DNA of 64,000 bases from Antedon mediterranea (Eukaryota > Animalia > Echinodermata), in contig NC_092672.1 in NCBI RefSeq assembly GCF_964355755.1, forward strand, positions 15,810,001 to 15,874,000. The letters run 5' to 3'. The notes under the pieces were generated by a model, which had not been told where the DNA came from, did no database searches, and was given only the letters and a program-made list of their open reading frames with translations. Shown here one piece after another: positions 37,795 to 51,980 of this stretch. Position 1 is the stretch's first letter. Each line of letters starts with the position of its first letter. The position numbers were made by a program, and so were the translations under genes.

Positions 37795-40786
37795 CCCGCT
37801 GGAAAAAAGTTCGACAGTTTCGACACAAACGCGCTACCGCGTCGACGTCTATTTGTAGATTAGGGAAATCACCAAATATATGTTGCCAGGAAGCTCCGAT
37901 ACAGGCACACTTCACACACGATAAGAGCTGATAAGTTGTTTTTCTCCCTTCGAATTGTTGGGTGTTTTATGTTTTGATTGACAGATTTTCATTTACAAGA
38001 CTTAAACATAGTTATTTTCCATCAATTGTGCCCCCTATAATTGTTTAACAACGAAATTTATAGGCTACGCAAATATTATCAATAATTAATAGTCATTACT
38101 GCAGTGAAAATTGAAAACCAACTTTAATATTCAATTAGCTTTTAGTGAGTGAAATAAAACACTGCATTCGTTTTATGAATGAATGAGCTTGACGATGCGT
38201 ACCATTTGCACAATGTTTATAATGATTCAATTAATTGTATTCACAAATGTTGCTGGTATACTGGTAGGAAGGCGAATAAGAAATGGATGTTGTTCCGATC
38301 GCTGTTTGTCGGTAGTAATGTGACTTAATTACGTTTTTAATCATTATCTGCATCGAAAACTGAAAATCAATTTTAATATTGAGAGAGCTTTTTAGTGAAA
38401 TATTTTTATAAATGGTATGAGCTTAACGATGTGTGACATTTGTGTAAATTTGCTAATGCTCAGTGGAAATGAATAAACAAACAAATGCATACGTACATAC
38501 TGTATACAATGTTATTTTTAGTATAGTAAAGTGCAGTAATGATAGTTTTACATATTTTATCATATTTTCATTGTAAAATTTTTTGGTCTGATCTAAATAT
38601 TTACAATAAAAAATCACAATTTTCTCACGCTTTATACTTATAAATGTAGGCTATTGTTTTTTTAAATTTAAAATAAACCTATCATCATGGTATAGAATAG
38701 TGTACGTGTATTTAATGCGAATCTTTGTAGAAAAACAATTCCATAAGTAAGAAACTACCATGTGTGTTACTGTTCGTGAGCCGCATCAATCGTTGGAAAA
38801 ACAAATCCGAGCGAGCCGAACGATTGTTGTAGAAATTCCATTTGATGTACACGCACTCATCTGATAAGAAATTACCACGTGTATATTCATCATGCGAGTT
38901 TGTTACCCGAACGCCGAACGACTGTTGTGAAATTCCATTTGATGTACATGTACCCCTCTGGTAAGAATTTACCACATGTATATTCATCATGCAAGTTTGT
39001 TATCCGAACGCCAAACGACTTGTGAAATTCCATTTGATATAGACGTACCCCTCTGGTATAGGTTGGTTCCCACTAGCGAAGCAATGTAACGCAATTTGCG
39101 CAACGTAAGCAAATGCCCTTCTAATAATTGTGTTTGCCCCTGTCTGCATGAAATCAAACCTGCGATGTTTCCAGCACTGTTGCATTTTGTTCCCACTTGT
39201 GATTACGCAATACAGCATTTTTCGTCGATATGTTGCTGCGTTGCGTTCTAGTGGGAACCACGCTTAAGAAATTACCACGTGTGTTCACCATGCGAGTTTG
39301 TTGCCCGAACCAACGACTGTTGTGAAAATTCCATTTGATGTACACGCGCCCCTCTGGTAAGAAATTACCATGTGTGTTCATGCGAGTTTCGCCGCCGAAC
39401 GAACGATTATTGTGGACATTCCATTTGACGTACACACACGCACCCTAAAAAATTAACAGGTGTGTTCATGCCTGAATTATATTGTATTATAATACTGTAG
39501 TACCTGTCCGTTTCTGCTGACAAAATTGGCAAAACATTAACATTTTTTCATCAACCAGTGTCAGCTGTAGGCTATAGTTTCGCGCTAACTCAGTGTGGCG
39601 ATCACACGTGTTTCGCGCTCTAGTCGAATTCTACTTCTAGAAATATATTTTATTAATAAATGTTTAATTACCAAAATGTATTTCAAATTAGTTTCATAAT
39701 CATACATAGGCCTACGTTACTGTTTGTTGTTAACAATAAAAATATTGTCTGAGTGAGATTGAGCCAAACGAACTCAAAATAAAAAAAAAACACAGAAATT
39801 TAGTGACGAAGTATGACGTTGCAGTAGTGGATAGGCTATTTCCTGGAATGCCAAAAAATGTCTTTAACACGCCGCCGCTAAAAAGGGAGAAGTCTATGCG
39901 TTGCTGTTAAACCATGTGCTGCTATACAATTATGCGCTAGGAACATGTTAGGTCTATAAAAAGGTCTATAAAATGGACTATACTATTTTACGAAACTATA
40001 AACATAGGATGGGTTGTTATGATATGGGGCATGTTTATGAATACATTTTCAAAAGAACCGTAAGACTATGTATACGTTATCGGGTATATTTATTTTTTCA
40101 CAATACTGTAATTGCCGGTGGTTAAGTTGAAAATCGAGGAAACATGCAAATAGACAGGTTAATGCAAACATGGCATGACCTTGCTAATAAAACGTGTTGG
40201 GTTGGGAGTAATACAGAACGTAATGGAATTCTGTACCGTGTCCTGTGATGTACAGTATTTGATATATTTTTTAAATTTTTATTAATATACATTATTATAA
40301 ATATATTATTAATACTAGTGTAGACTAGGCTAGGCACTCGGCAAGCTAGGCCTACGTGTATTGTATCAGGGAGTTACAATTCCCTGATTGTATATACAAA
40401 AAAGACGTCAGCTCTGTACAGGCTCGTCGAATGGTCCAAGTTTTTTTTTCTCGCGCAAAGATTGTAATTGTAAACACCGGACGCTAATAGTCGGTCAACA
40501 TGCGGCACATGGTGTGGGCGGATCACCTTATCAGGCGGGTAAGGGAAGTCACCGATGTGACGGCGAATTGTCATTCTTCAAAGAAAACGCTGCTTTTGAA
40601 TAAACCGCCTTAATTAGGATAGCGCGTGTCAACTGTTTATTTATAGTAAATCCAAGTTTTTGCTTGCTTCTATTGTTTAAAGATCCTTAAAATACTGTCG
40701 ATTTAGTATCGACGCATTGTCTAAATACTATCGAATTACTGTCGGTAACTAACTGCAAGTTCGACGTCGAACTTTTTTTCAGCGGG
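37795..40786. mobile_element. CCC-terminal (CMC/EnSpm-like) non-autonomous element
   Basis: TIR CCCGCTG.AAAAAAGTTCGAC; internal ~92-bp tandem repeat at about 38740-39470. Confidence 0.6.
39060..39264. mobile_element. Tourist-like MITE
   Basis: TIR TGGTTCCCACTAG; inserted at the TAA of the 92-bp repeat unit. Confidence 0.7.
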
Positions 40787-43076
40787 TAGGCCTATTCTAT
40801 TCAATAAACAATGTATACAAAATAGAGGGCACACTAACATCATTTTATTTCTTCAGACACAATGGCATAATCTTTTTTCTGTGCGCAATATTCTAATGTA
40901 TGACCTGCACATGGAGTTTACGCGGCAGATAACCTAACTCTTTCATAGTGACGAGTTCAAATCTATTTTGGTATTGTTATTTTAAGTTCATTTGGCTAAA
41001 TGTTGTTATAAGCAATAATAATAATTTACCTTTTGCATTAGTGAGAAAAAAGGTATAAAATATATCTTTATTACATTTATTTATTATTTATTACGTAAAA
41101 TGTTTATCCAGTCATTTTTTGTGGGTTGTTCGTGATAAATTGAGTGGCTGTTCACACAATGAACTGTGCGCCAACCAATTGAGAGAGACCCAAAACAACA
41201 GAGTTTCCAATTTTATTGCATCTTGATAAAACAGAGTCAATATTATTTAGTACTAAAAGAAAGCTTAAAAATTCTTGATTTTACTGTTATGTTTAAAACT
41301 AAGTTGATAGATATGAAGAATATTTTTTAAATAGTTTATACCAGCTGCTGTTTTTACGTTTTTTTTTTAAGAGAGATTTTCCAACTTTTGTAAATCCATG
41401 ATTGACACCGCAGCTGCTATAAACTACTTCAACATTCAGCATTTTTCCGAAATGTATAATAATATGATTTCATATAATGATTGAAGAAGATGATGATGTA
41501 ATGAAGACCTTTGGAAAATGGACAATATGCATAGCTTGCAATAGTTCCGCCCACTAACATGACTGATTTTTAAGAATCGTTTACCTAACTAACTAACATT
41601 AGCGAATGTCTAGAGTAGCTGATTGGATCACGGAAAGAGAAGAGATACCAGCAGTGAGGAGATCGATAAAGACAAAGTCTTCTAAAAATAGCAGCAGCGA
41701 ATGCTCGGCCGTCGATTTTCGCGCGTTCATAAATTTCCGGCCAATATTATTAGTCCAGTCATTTTAACTTTTTACTTGCAACTAATTGCAACAGAATTTT
41801 TTTCACCCCAATGCATTTCTTTGAGGTCCCCAGAAAGGTGTCTAATTTGCATAAATCCAAAATGGCCGCCAAAATTCAATAATTTGACATATTTTTACCT
41901 AAAAACGGCCTATTTGAATGTTTTAAAGTTCCGAATGAGGTATTGGCCCATGGGTTACAATTTGATCTAGTACTGGTTAATTTGTATATAAATTAGCATA
42001 TTTTTAAATGACCGCTGAATTCTTATGTTAATCCTATTATCTAGTTTTCATGAATATATACTATTTTTGTTCATACCTAATTTTCAAGTAGAAAAGTATT
42101 CTGTGACTTCTTGGTAGGTGTGGTACAAGCATATTTAGAATAGAAATAAACAATAGAAATAAACTGTAACTGAAATGGAAGGTGGGTCAAATATTACTGT
42201 ACATATGTCCTAATTAGGCAAAAAAAAAATTTATTGTGTTGGCCACGCCCGACCGACCCTAAAGTGACGAAAATGAAGGTTGACTTCGATGTTGATCTGC
42301 AAAGAACAACAGATCGTACATCGCACGAGGTTGTTGATGCGGTGTTTTTTGGTTTTACTGTACAGAGTACTATGATGATTATGAACTTGTTAAATGATTT
42401 AAAAGGCATGGAGTCGCCAAGCAAGTAGGCCTATACACTTAATAAAAATTTACCTAAGATTGTCGTAAGCTCTTTTGTTGAAACTTGTTTGTTTATATAG
42501 CGATAATCCACCCATTCCAGCATGCACGTTAGGCCTCTAGCCTATAGGCCTAATCCTTGCGATCGATCGATGGCTCTCCATTCATGGTGGGGAATTTCCC
42601 CGCGATAAGAAATCGGCGAAATATTGATCATAACGGCGTGCATTTTAATGTTATATCTATAATGCTAGTGTAATTACGTATGGATAAAACAATATGAAAC
42701 TCAATATTTTTCATCTGGAATAATGTTAAATTGCGTAATGTAGCATATAACACGGAAATAGTTTATTTCGATCTTCATTGTTTTTGGCTTTAAAAATGGT
42801 AGCTAGAGCCTAGCTAGGCCTAACAGTAGCCCTATGGCTAGAAAAGTTAAGCATACGTTTATTTAATAAACCTTTTTTAAACTTTTGTTGAAACAATATT
42901 CATAGCTAGTGTGAGCCAGGGTGCTATGAAAGGTGTTTTTAAAAGTCTTTTTTTATCATGTGTAAATTGTTTATTTTTTTGCCGGCCACACATTATTTGG
43001 TCTAAAAAAAAACAAAAAAAACTTTTCCTACCGACCTACCCATTTTTCGGATTTACCCAAAACGTGGCAAACACAA

Positions 43077-46000
43077 CTAGACATGTAACTCGTCACTTTG
43101 ACGAGTTATTTATCCGCACGACAAACGCCACGTGCACGTGATACGTTAGAATATTGCACACAGAAAAAGATTATGGCATTATGACCTGAACTGAAGAAAA
43201 TGATATGTTGTTATTGCTGAATTCTGTTATTTTGTGTCATATAGTATACACAGTATAATCTGTATACATATTACATACAGTGTAGAATAGGTGAAATGAC
43301 TGGACCCGCCATTTATTCCAATTTTTAACATGTCGACGGTATCAAAATGAAACACTAAGATAGCAATTTCGGAAGGAAATTATTTCGGCAACAACATATT
43401 AATGTGTAGAAAAAATGTAAATACGTAAAATATTGATGCGAGCTCTTTTTAAATGTAATGAAATATGACGCAAAACGTCACAACATCCGATTGGCAAAAT
43501 TTTCACATGATTTCCTATCTAAAATCCAATAGCTACTAGAAAACGTTTTAATCGTGATTATCACATTTTATTCTTACGAGCTATAACAGATTAAAATTTA
43601 CTGTAAAGATGGAATTAATGGCACACGTAATTTAAATTTTTAGGCATGATGACGTCATAAAAATTAAAATATTTTTAACTCATACGTAAGATAGTTGATT
43701 GACCTAGACAATATTAAAATCTCGGAGAAAAAGGAATACAGATAAGCGTGATGCGCTCCATTGAATATGATGAGCAATAACGAAACAGACAAAAATTCTA
43801 TATTTTACATTCGTGTGGCCATACGATGACGTCACAATGTCCGGTTAGCCATATTGATTCATGATCCGATATCTACAACTCATCAACTTCCAGAATATGT
43901 AATAAAAATAAGTTTTACTGTTCAGCTTAGAAATTACGACTGTTTGAAAAAAGGAATAATTTTGACAAATTTTTGAACTTTTTCATCAAAAACGCGCGCA
44001 AATTGTCCAATTCAACGTGTTCGTATGGCGTTATGTAAAGTGGAAAAGGTATAAATTTTTTCACAATTACTACAAAAGGCGAAAAAAACATGTTTTTTAT
44101 ACTCCGCGCGTGAGAATATTTTACATGCGCAAAATGTCATAAAACGTGTAAAAAGTTGATTAGAAATTAATTTTGCGCATTTTGAAATTTTAAATGCGCG
44201 TGCGCGCATAACTTTGTGTAAAACACGCACACATTTTTTTCAACAGAATGTTCGCGCATGATATGACTTATACTTGTGCAAAGTTTCAATTTAAAATGTT
44301 ATTTAGTTTTTGACTTATGTTAAAAACACGAAATTCCTAAAATCTCGCGTAAGTCACGTTGCGCAAGTGTAAACATCCTGAAAAGCTTCGCTGCACAACT
44401 TCATATGAATGACGATATGTTAAGAAAGTTACAAAATGTTATGTTTACAAGTTTTACAGATACGCATGACACAAAAATTACAGAAAGAAAGAAGAACTAG
44501 ATTTGAACTCGTCACTTTGACGAGTTCGGGTTATCCGCGCAAATGCAACATGCACAAACTTAACTATATGAACCTCGACAATTCCATTGAAAAATTGTTA
44601 GTGCGCTATCTATTTTGTGTCACGTCTAAGTATATACAGTATAACACTAATACTGTATATGTACTACATACAGTGCAGAATAGGTGAAAATAAGTGACCA
44701 AAGTTATTGACGCTTTTGGACATGATGACGTCACAAAAAATTTTAAAATGGTAAATCATGCGAAAGATAATTGATTGACCTAAACAATATAAAAACATGG
44801 AGGAAAATGAAATATGGATAAGTGGAGATGCGCTCTATTAAATGTGATGAGCTATGACGAAAGAGACAAAAATCCTCTATTTTATATTCGAGTGGCCATA
44901 CGATGACGTCACAATATTAGGTTAGCCATATCAATGCATGATTCGATATCTACAACTCATCTACTTTCAGAATATGTAATAAAAAATAAAATTCACCTTA
45001 TAGTTTAGAATCCATGACTGTTTACAAAAAGGCATAATTTTGACGAATTGTTAAACTTTTTCATCAAAAACACGCGCAAATTATCCAATTCCACGTGCTC
45101 GTATGACATGATTTTAAGTCAAAATTGTTTAAAAATAGGTAAAATTACTAGAAAAGGCTGGAAAAATAAATCATGCAAAAAAAAGATGTTTTTAGCGCTA
45201 CGTGCGCGTAAAAATTTGCGCGTACGTGGGAATTTTTGAAATGCTCAAAATAACATGAAACGCATAGAAAGTTGATTAGAAGTTGATTTTTCGCATCTCA
45301 AAATTTTTAAACGCGCGTGAGCGCGTAAGTTTTTGTGAAACATGCCATTTTTAATCCATAGAAAGTTTGCCCTTGATATGACTTAAATGGTCCCTAAGTG
45401 TCATTACAAAATGACTTTTGGTTTTTAGTCTATGTTAAATACGCGAAATTCATAAATCGCGCGTAACTTACGCTGCGCGACTCTAAAGTAAAAAAACGAA
45501 CTGTCCTGCACTTCTACAGATAGAGGTCAATCTTCTAACAAAGTTATACAATGTAATGTTGATAAGAATTTGAGATACACGTGACAAAAAATTCTGGGAA
45601 AGAAAGAATATAGAAAAAAAAAAAAAGATTGCGACAATAACAAGGGGTTATCCGCCAAGTGCGGATAACCAATAATACAAAAAAAAAAAAAAGATGATGA
45701 AACAGGACAGTTACAAGGAGTTATCCGCTCATGGCGGATAACTAACTAGACATGAAACTCGTCACTTCGACGAGACGAGTTCGGGTTATCCGCGCAAACG
45801 CAACATGCACATACTTAACCATATGAACCTCGACAATTATTATGCCATCCTATGACATGAAATAAATATGTTTACAGTGCTGAATTGTACCTACTAGATG
45901 GTACGCTCGCTTCGCTCGCGTACCATCTAGGTCGTGCCCACAGATGGTTCTCGAATATACAGTAATTTCAGCGCAACAAAAACTGGCGATTTCAAATGTA

Positions 46001-48135
46001 CGTACCGCAGGACTAAAATACATTTTCGTTTACAGAAACGAATAAATAGACATGATGATTTATGTAGTCAACTAAAATTAGCACCCTGGGAATTACTTCC
46101 GAAGGAGTCCAAATTTTTGATTTGGACTCATTTAAAGAAACCTAATTTGTGTTTTGTATGTAACATTAGGGTTGAGGGATGGGAAAGCGGATAGGTACAA
46201 AGAGGAACAATTTTTAAATATATTCTTTATCCACTCAGTAACGAAATATTTTTTTCATGTTTTATAGGCCTATAAATAATATACCTCTAAATACAGTAAA
46301 ACATTTGCGATTTAATACTTTGTTAAACTGTCACTGTCATAATGGATTGAAATATTAAAGTACATGTCACGATACACCACTACGACGTTTATATTATTGG
46401 TAATTATTAATTAATACAAAGGTTGAGAAGGAACTGTCAGTATAAAGTTTATTTGTATATAATAATGTGTTTTTATATCTAACTGTAGAGCCTGTCCAAA
46501 ATGTCAGTAATAAAGTTTATTTGTATTTATTTTTATATTACATCTAACAGGACGAACATTCACAGTAAGAAATGTTCGATTTAAATGAGGACCAAAAATA
46601 GTTAATAGGTATTTACAGTATTGTCAAAGTATTGCAAGTTTATTCTCAAAGGGCCCATATATTTACCTACCGTATGTGTTAAACCAAGGGCTCATAAATT
46701 TACCTACTTGTGTAAACCAAACTCTGGCAGACTGAGAGATTGGGATGTTCCATTCATCGCAAATCAATACATTTGTATAATCGTATATTAAATCTATCAA
46801 AATAGTATTTTTTTAAGAAATCGGCCTGTCTACCGAAAGTACGAACCAACTGTATATACCATCGAGTAAAAATTCTAGAAGTAAGGCGCGATTTACCGAA
46901 TTTTGCCCTTACGTAAATTTATATATAGATTATGTAGCATACATCATATTACAGTATTTTACAGAATAAATTGTATATGTTATATACAATGTAGCATAGA
47001 CAAAATTACGAGACCCATCTTTTAAATCCAATTATTAACACGATGACGTCATCAAATTGACATATAAAGATAACAATTTTAGAAGATAATTATTAAAATA
47101 ATTACATTAAAACAAATTTGAAGAATTTTGGGCACGTAAATAAAAGTGAGATGCGCTCTATTTAATGTGATGAGCAATAACGAAAGAGTAAAAAATCCTA
47201 TATTTTACATTCGTGTGGCCATACGATGATGTCATAACATCCGAGGGGTAAAGATTCTGCATGAATTCATATCTACAACATACCGGTATCTGCTTACATA
47301 TTAAATTAAAAAAATTGGGGGTCATTGATGATCCTGAGGAGCTATAATAGATTAAAAATAGGCATAATTTTGACAATATGTTGTCACTTTTGCAACTAAA
47401 ACGCGCGCAAATGGTCTAAATCAACGTGTTCGTATGACGTCATTTTAATTTGAAATGATGTCAATCTTTTTTTAAATGACTAGGAAAGGCTGTAAAATCA
47501 TAATTAAAGAGTAGCACACGATTTTCATGCTCCGTGCGAACCTTACGCGCGCGTGGGAATTTTTGACATGCTCAAAATGTCATGATCAGCGTAGAAAGTT
47601 GATTAGAAATAAATTTTGCGCATTTTGAAACTTTAAATGCGCGTGCGCGCGTAACTTCTTGTAAAAAATGCCATTTTTAATCCATAGAAAGGTTGCCCTT
47701 GATATGACTTAAATGTTCACCAAGTGTCAATACAAAATTACTTTTGGTTTATAATCTATAACCAATCATTAAAATTCATAAAATCGCGCGTAACTTACGT
47801 TGCGCGACTCTAAATTCATATAACGAAGTTTCTTGCACATCTACAGCTACAGGTCAATCTTTTGACAAAGTTATACAATCTTATGTTGACAAGGATGAGA
47901 GATATGCGACGCACAAAAATCCGGGAAAGGAAGAAGAATAAAGATGAAAATGATTTTTACAATCACAAGGGTTATCCGCAACTTGTAAAGTTGCGGATAA
48001 CCAAAAAAAAAGATGATGAAACAGGACAGTTACAAGGAGTTATCCGCTGAGTGCGGATAACTTAAAAAAAAGAGGATGATGATGATTTCGTACAATCACT
48101 AGGAGTTATCCTGCAACTTCGTTGCGGATAACTAA
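43077..48135 (-). mobile_element. Self-nested HINE-like cluster (three bodies, five stacked 5' ends)
   Basis: CTAG plus hairpin ends at about 43077, 44497 and 45746. GTTATCCGC..GCGGATAAC palindromes at about 45647, 45720, 47971, 48039 and 48105. Confidence 0.72.
45894..46929 (-). mobile_element. Non-autonomous Helitron
   Basis: 5' TC (TCTATATATAAATTTACG); 3' hairpin ending CTAG; inserted between A and T of the host repeat (ccta|tt) with no TSD. Related fragment at 35341-35540. Confidence 0.85.
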
Positions 48136-48359
48136 TAATTTTTTTTTTGGCCTTATGTGAGTTATCACATACTGTATGGTATCTGATTTGTTCTTTGTTT
48201 TTCTGTAAAGTGCAAGACATTAATTTTGTTCTTTAAAATTATCTTGCTCATTTAGCACCAATCACTTACGCACTGTAAGCTTTGATTGAATTCCTGCAAC
48301 TTCTCTGCATTGCGTGGACACATATTGCAGAAGAGACCATGGTGTCGATATGTACACTT

Positions 48360-49618
48360 CAGTGTTCTCCCCAGGTCTTTGAAGCGTCACGGTACCGTGA
48401 CGCTTGGGTTCTCTACCGCGACGCTTTACGGTCGGCCGTAACGCTTAAAACCTTATCCATGACGCTTAAAAATATCAACCACAACCAATCTAAAAATAGA
48501 TTAATAACAGGCAGGTACTTTCTAGAGCTGAGGCATGCTTAGAGAGCCTAATGCATACGAGACACGTGACATGACCACTCGACAATATTATTATTAGCCA
48601 AGAAACAAAAGACTGCGTAACAAAGTGTTATAACAACCGAGACACGCTTTCACCGGCCGCCGCCTAGAGATGTAAACACATGTTTTGTTACTGCCATGTC
48701 TCTCTTTCGATCTCTAGTATTGGCTGTTGTCTGAATTGTCTAAAATGCGGTAACTTGTATATTGTAAATAAAGTTTTCAGTTAAAACAATGATTGATTGT
48801 ATTGTTTTTCTAATAAAAATGTTATGTGTATTAAAAAATAAATATCAATGATATTTTCAATATCACACTAAATAAATGACAAAGGCGCGATTGATTTGCT
48901 AGGCGCAATTCGTCTGGTAGCTGCTTTGATCGTATAACATAATACATTCAACTACAGAGTTGTCCTACTGATGAGTAGGTCTAGTTTTATTTCATCGGGT
49001 ACTAATTCCCCTTGACGTTCAAAATGAACGCAAAAAATGTTTCTTATCATGTATGTTTACCGGCGGAAAAAGTAGGCTACAATCGTGCTGTTTGCTAGCG
49101 CGCTATGAAGTGTCCTTTACGGCCAACTACAGAGTTGTCCTACTAATGAGCAGGCCTAGTTTTATTTCATCGGGGACTTCTTCCCAACGTTCGTATTGAA
49201 TGCAAAAAACATTTTTTATCACGTATGTTTACTGGCGGAAAAAGTAGGTCGTTCGTTTTACTGTTTGCTAGCGCGCTATGAAGTTTCGTTTCTGGCCAAC
49301 TAGAGTTTTTTTTTTATTGGGGACTTTCTTCCCCCTGACGTTCCTAATGAACGCAAATAATGTTTCTTATCGTGTATGTTTACCGGCGGAAAAAGTAGGC
49401 TACGATCGTTTTGCTGTTTGCTAGCGCGCTATAAGTGTTGTTTCCGGCAAAACTAGAGGTGTCATTCAACATGAATGTTACGTGCGAGAGTACCATTTCC
49501 GGCCATCTAGGGTGTCAATTACCAAAAATCGCTTCATCGCTCAGGTACTTAGTGTCGGCATCATGCCCCGGGGGCGCGTTCGGCGTGACGCTTGATGTGA
49601 ATCCTAGGGAGAACACTG
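48360..49618. mobile_element. hAT-like element with 5-bp TSD
   Basis: TIR CAGTGTTCTCCC.AGG; perfect TSD CACTT; internal ~175-bp tandem repeats at about 48950-49460. Confidence 0.82.
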
Positions 49619-50798
49619 CACTTATTCGTTTGCACACTGAGTCTTGCGGTCACAGTAGATAACGTTCAGTAGTTAAGATATTGCTGGAGATTTTATCAGT
49701 CCGAATGGTTATTTACTATCTACAATATGTCAACCCATTTCTCCTGGCTGCATTCCATTGCATATTTTCTGAAAAAAAGACACGAAGGCTGTGATACCAC
49801 CTGTAGAAGTTTGTAGCAATGTTTGACCGTGTTTGTACGGCGATTGAAATACACGTTTATTTGGTTTTTTACCCAAAATCCATACGACGTTCGTACGAAT
49901 AAACAAAGTACCGGTAAGCTCACACGAAACCAATTAAGATCGGAATTCTTAGGTCAAAAAGCGCCCTCTATGCGTCGACCCATATCAATTAACATGGCGT
50001 GTTGACAAATTCAACCGGATATTGCATGTCGTTTTGCGCGCGAATCGTTCAATTATTATTTTTCAATCGACAACCAGACCTAGGCTATATAATAATACAT
50101 CGAAAACAATTTACTTTTTAACTAAATAATGATCGAAAATCCTGCTAACGTATGTTGTTTGTTGACGGCTTTTATACTAAAGATGGACAATGTATTCCAA
50201 CCTAGGCATAGTGGATTCGAATTTGGATGGCAAGACGATGATGATGATTACCTAGGCCTACTACAAAGGCTGCATACACACGGCCGCTTGCAGCGTGTAG
50301 AGAAGCAATGCTTCAACAAGAAGCCGCTTCACTCCATTGAATATTAACCATAATTTCACTGTTCAATTAAAATATGTACTGCTCCAACTAGTAAACGCAA
50401 ACAAAAAATAAAAATAGCGTGGGTACAGCAAAAAAGCCCTGATAAGAAATGGCCTCTGACCCGGTTGTTTACCACAATGAAATGACCAATCAGAAAGCTT
50501 ATTTGAGGTCGTGATTTGACATAACCCCGTTAACGCTTGATTAATTATACCCCGAGGCAGCGTGTAATTGGAATGGGATTGAAATAACCAGTAAAGTTGG
50601 TGGATTTTTCGTCCAGATGGTTTTCTAATTTTTTATAGCCAGAGGCGTAAGTTAATTGCCACATGCGACCTCACAGTTGGAAGTACACAGTAGTTTCAGC
50701 CCCGTCCGTCCAATCACCTTGAGAGGATACAAATGCCTTTCCCTGCTTCTAGTTTTTCAGATCTTGGCATGTCCACTCAACTTTTGCAATATAGTTTC

Positions 50799-51980
50799 AC
50801 TGGGGTAGCACTAACATTTCATTTTGTTTAGCCATTTGGCGAAAGTCAAAATATTTTTTTTAGTCAAATCAGTTTATCTATAGCCAAAATGGCTAAAGTC
50901 AAACTTTTTTATTTAGCCAAATGAATCAGTTTTTAGCCAAAATTTAAAATTTGAAATATAATGGTAAAAACATTTTAGTCAATTTATCTATGTCAACAGG
51001 TCTATACACTGTTCCCTGAACGTTTTTGTAAGACATTGAGATATAATAGAGAACCATGCCTATATCACTGTGGTATGATTAAAAAAAATAATATTTTTTT
51101 GTATTTTTGTTATATGATCAAAACAATTGTTCAAATTGTTTTTAATCATACCGCATTCATACAGTTATCAATTTAATAAGAAACATTTTACATTTTTCTG
51201 AAATCCCCTGAACGTTATGTTACTTTTGTTTTTTACGCTTGGCTGGTCATGTTTGTGTGACAGCTTCCATCGCGTACCAGGCGAAAATCGTGTCCCAGGC
51301 GAAAATCGTGTCCTAGACTTCACGGTCACTCAGCGTCACCGCCGCACAGCGGGTTATTTAATGTTTTTTTTAAAATTGGGTATGCTCAAGAGGTGCGAAA
51401 GTGCAGTACCGCCAGCCTAGGCCCTAGCTAGGGTCTAGGCCTACAAAATTATGTACGACGGTATGTCGTATGCTAAAAATATTGAGGAAAATTCCTAGCA
51501 AATGGACACTCGTATCGTTGTTAAACGTAAGATAATATAGGCCAAAGCACAGAGTACACGTCTTTCCATCCCCCAAGGCTGCACCGAAGCGTTTCTGCCA
51601 GAGCAAGAAATTTATACCATCCCGATTATTTATTTACACAACAACACAGAAGCCGATAGATAGTTTGGGTAGACTCCATCATCCATGTGTCGTGTAATGT
51701 CTGTCTCTCTGTGCAGTATACCTCCATCATATTGAAATAACAAAGAGACGCCTGGTACAACGAAACAAGTTGACGAAAAATGGAGGTTGAAGTAAACAAC
51801 GTGATAACGAACAAGAAATTCTTGTAGATCGACAAATGGATCTTTTAGTTGGACTTTATGCTTTCGCCAAAATGATAATTTGATTATCTATTTTATCATA
51901 TGTCATCGCCAAAATGGCTAAAGTAGCCGTTTTATTTTTCGCCAATCTGGAAACGTTTTCGCCCATGGCGACTTGGCGAT
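50799..51980. mobile_element. hAT-like non-autonomous element
   Basis: Imperfect TIR TGGG..AGCACT; TAGCCA/TCGCCA subterminal repeats; interrupts the Academ transposase remnant. Confidence 0.5.

Larger units (their letters stand above)
37314..40834. mobile_element. hAT-like element with 5-bp TSD
   Basis: Left end CAGGGTTCTC, degenerate right end GAGGGCACACT, AACAT on both sides; host HINE resumes afterwards. Confidence 0.5.
29150..40970 (+). mobile_element. HINE-like stacked copies (29150-31559, 36513-37313, 40835-40970) interrupted by DNA transposons
   Basis: 5' TTAGTTATCCGC at about 29198 and 29770; 3' hairpin ends at about 31040-31087 and 40925-40965; body resumes after each insertion. 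Confidence 0.68.
42215..48154. mobile_element. Unclassified MITE (TAGGC(A)n termini, CCGACC motifs) hosting the HINE nest
   Basis: Left TAGGCAAAAAAAAAATTTATTGTGTTGGCCACG; right CGTGGCAAACACAA[43077-48135 insertion]AATTTTTTTTTTTGGCCTT. Confidence 0.65.

Noticed and set aside
38712-39470. Repeat-spacer-like pattern resembling a CRISPR array
   Set aside because: Whole ~92-bp units repeat with no unique spacers; eukaryotic context and no cas genes.
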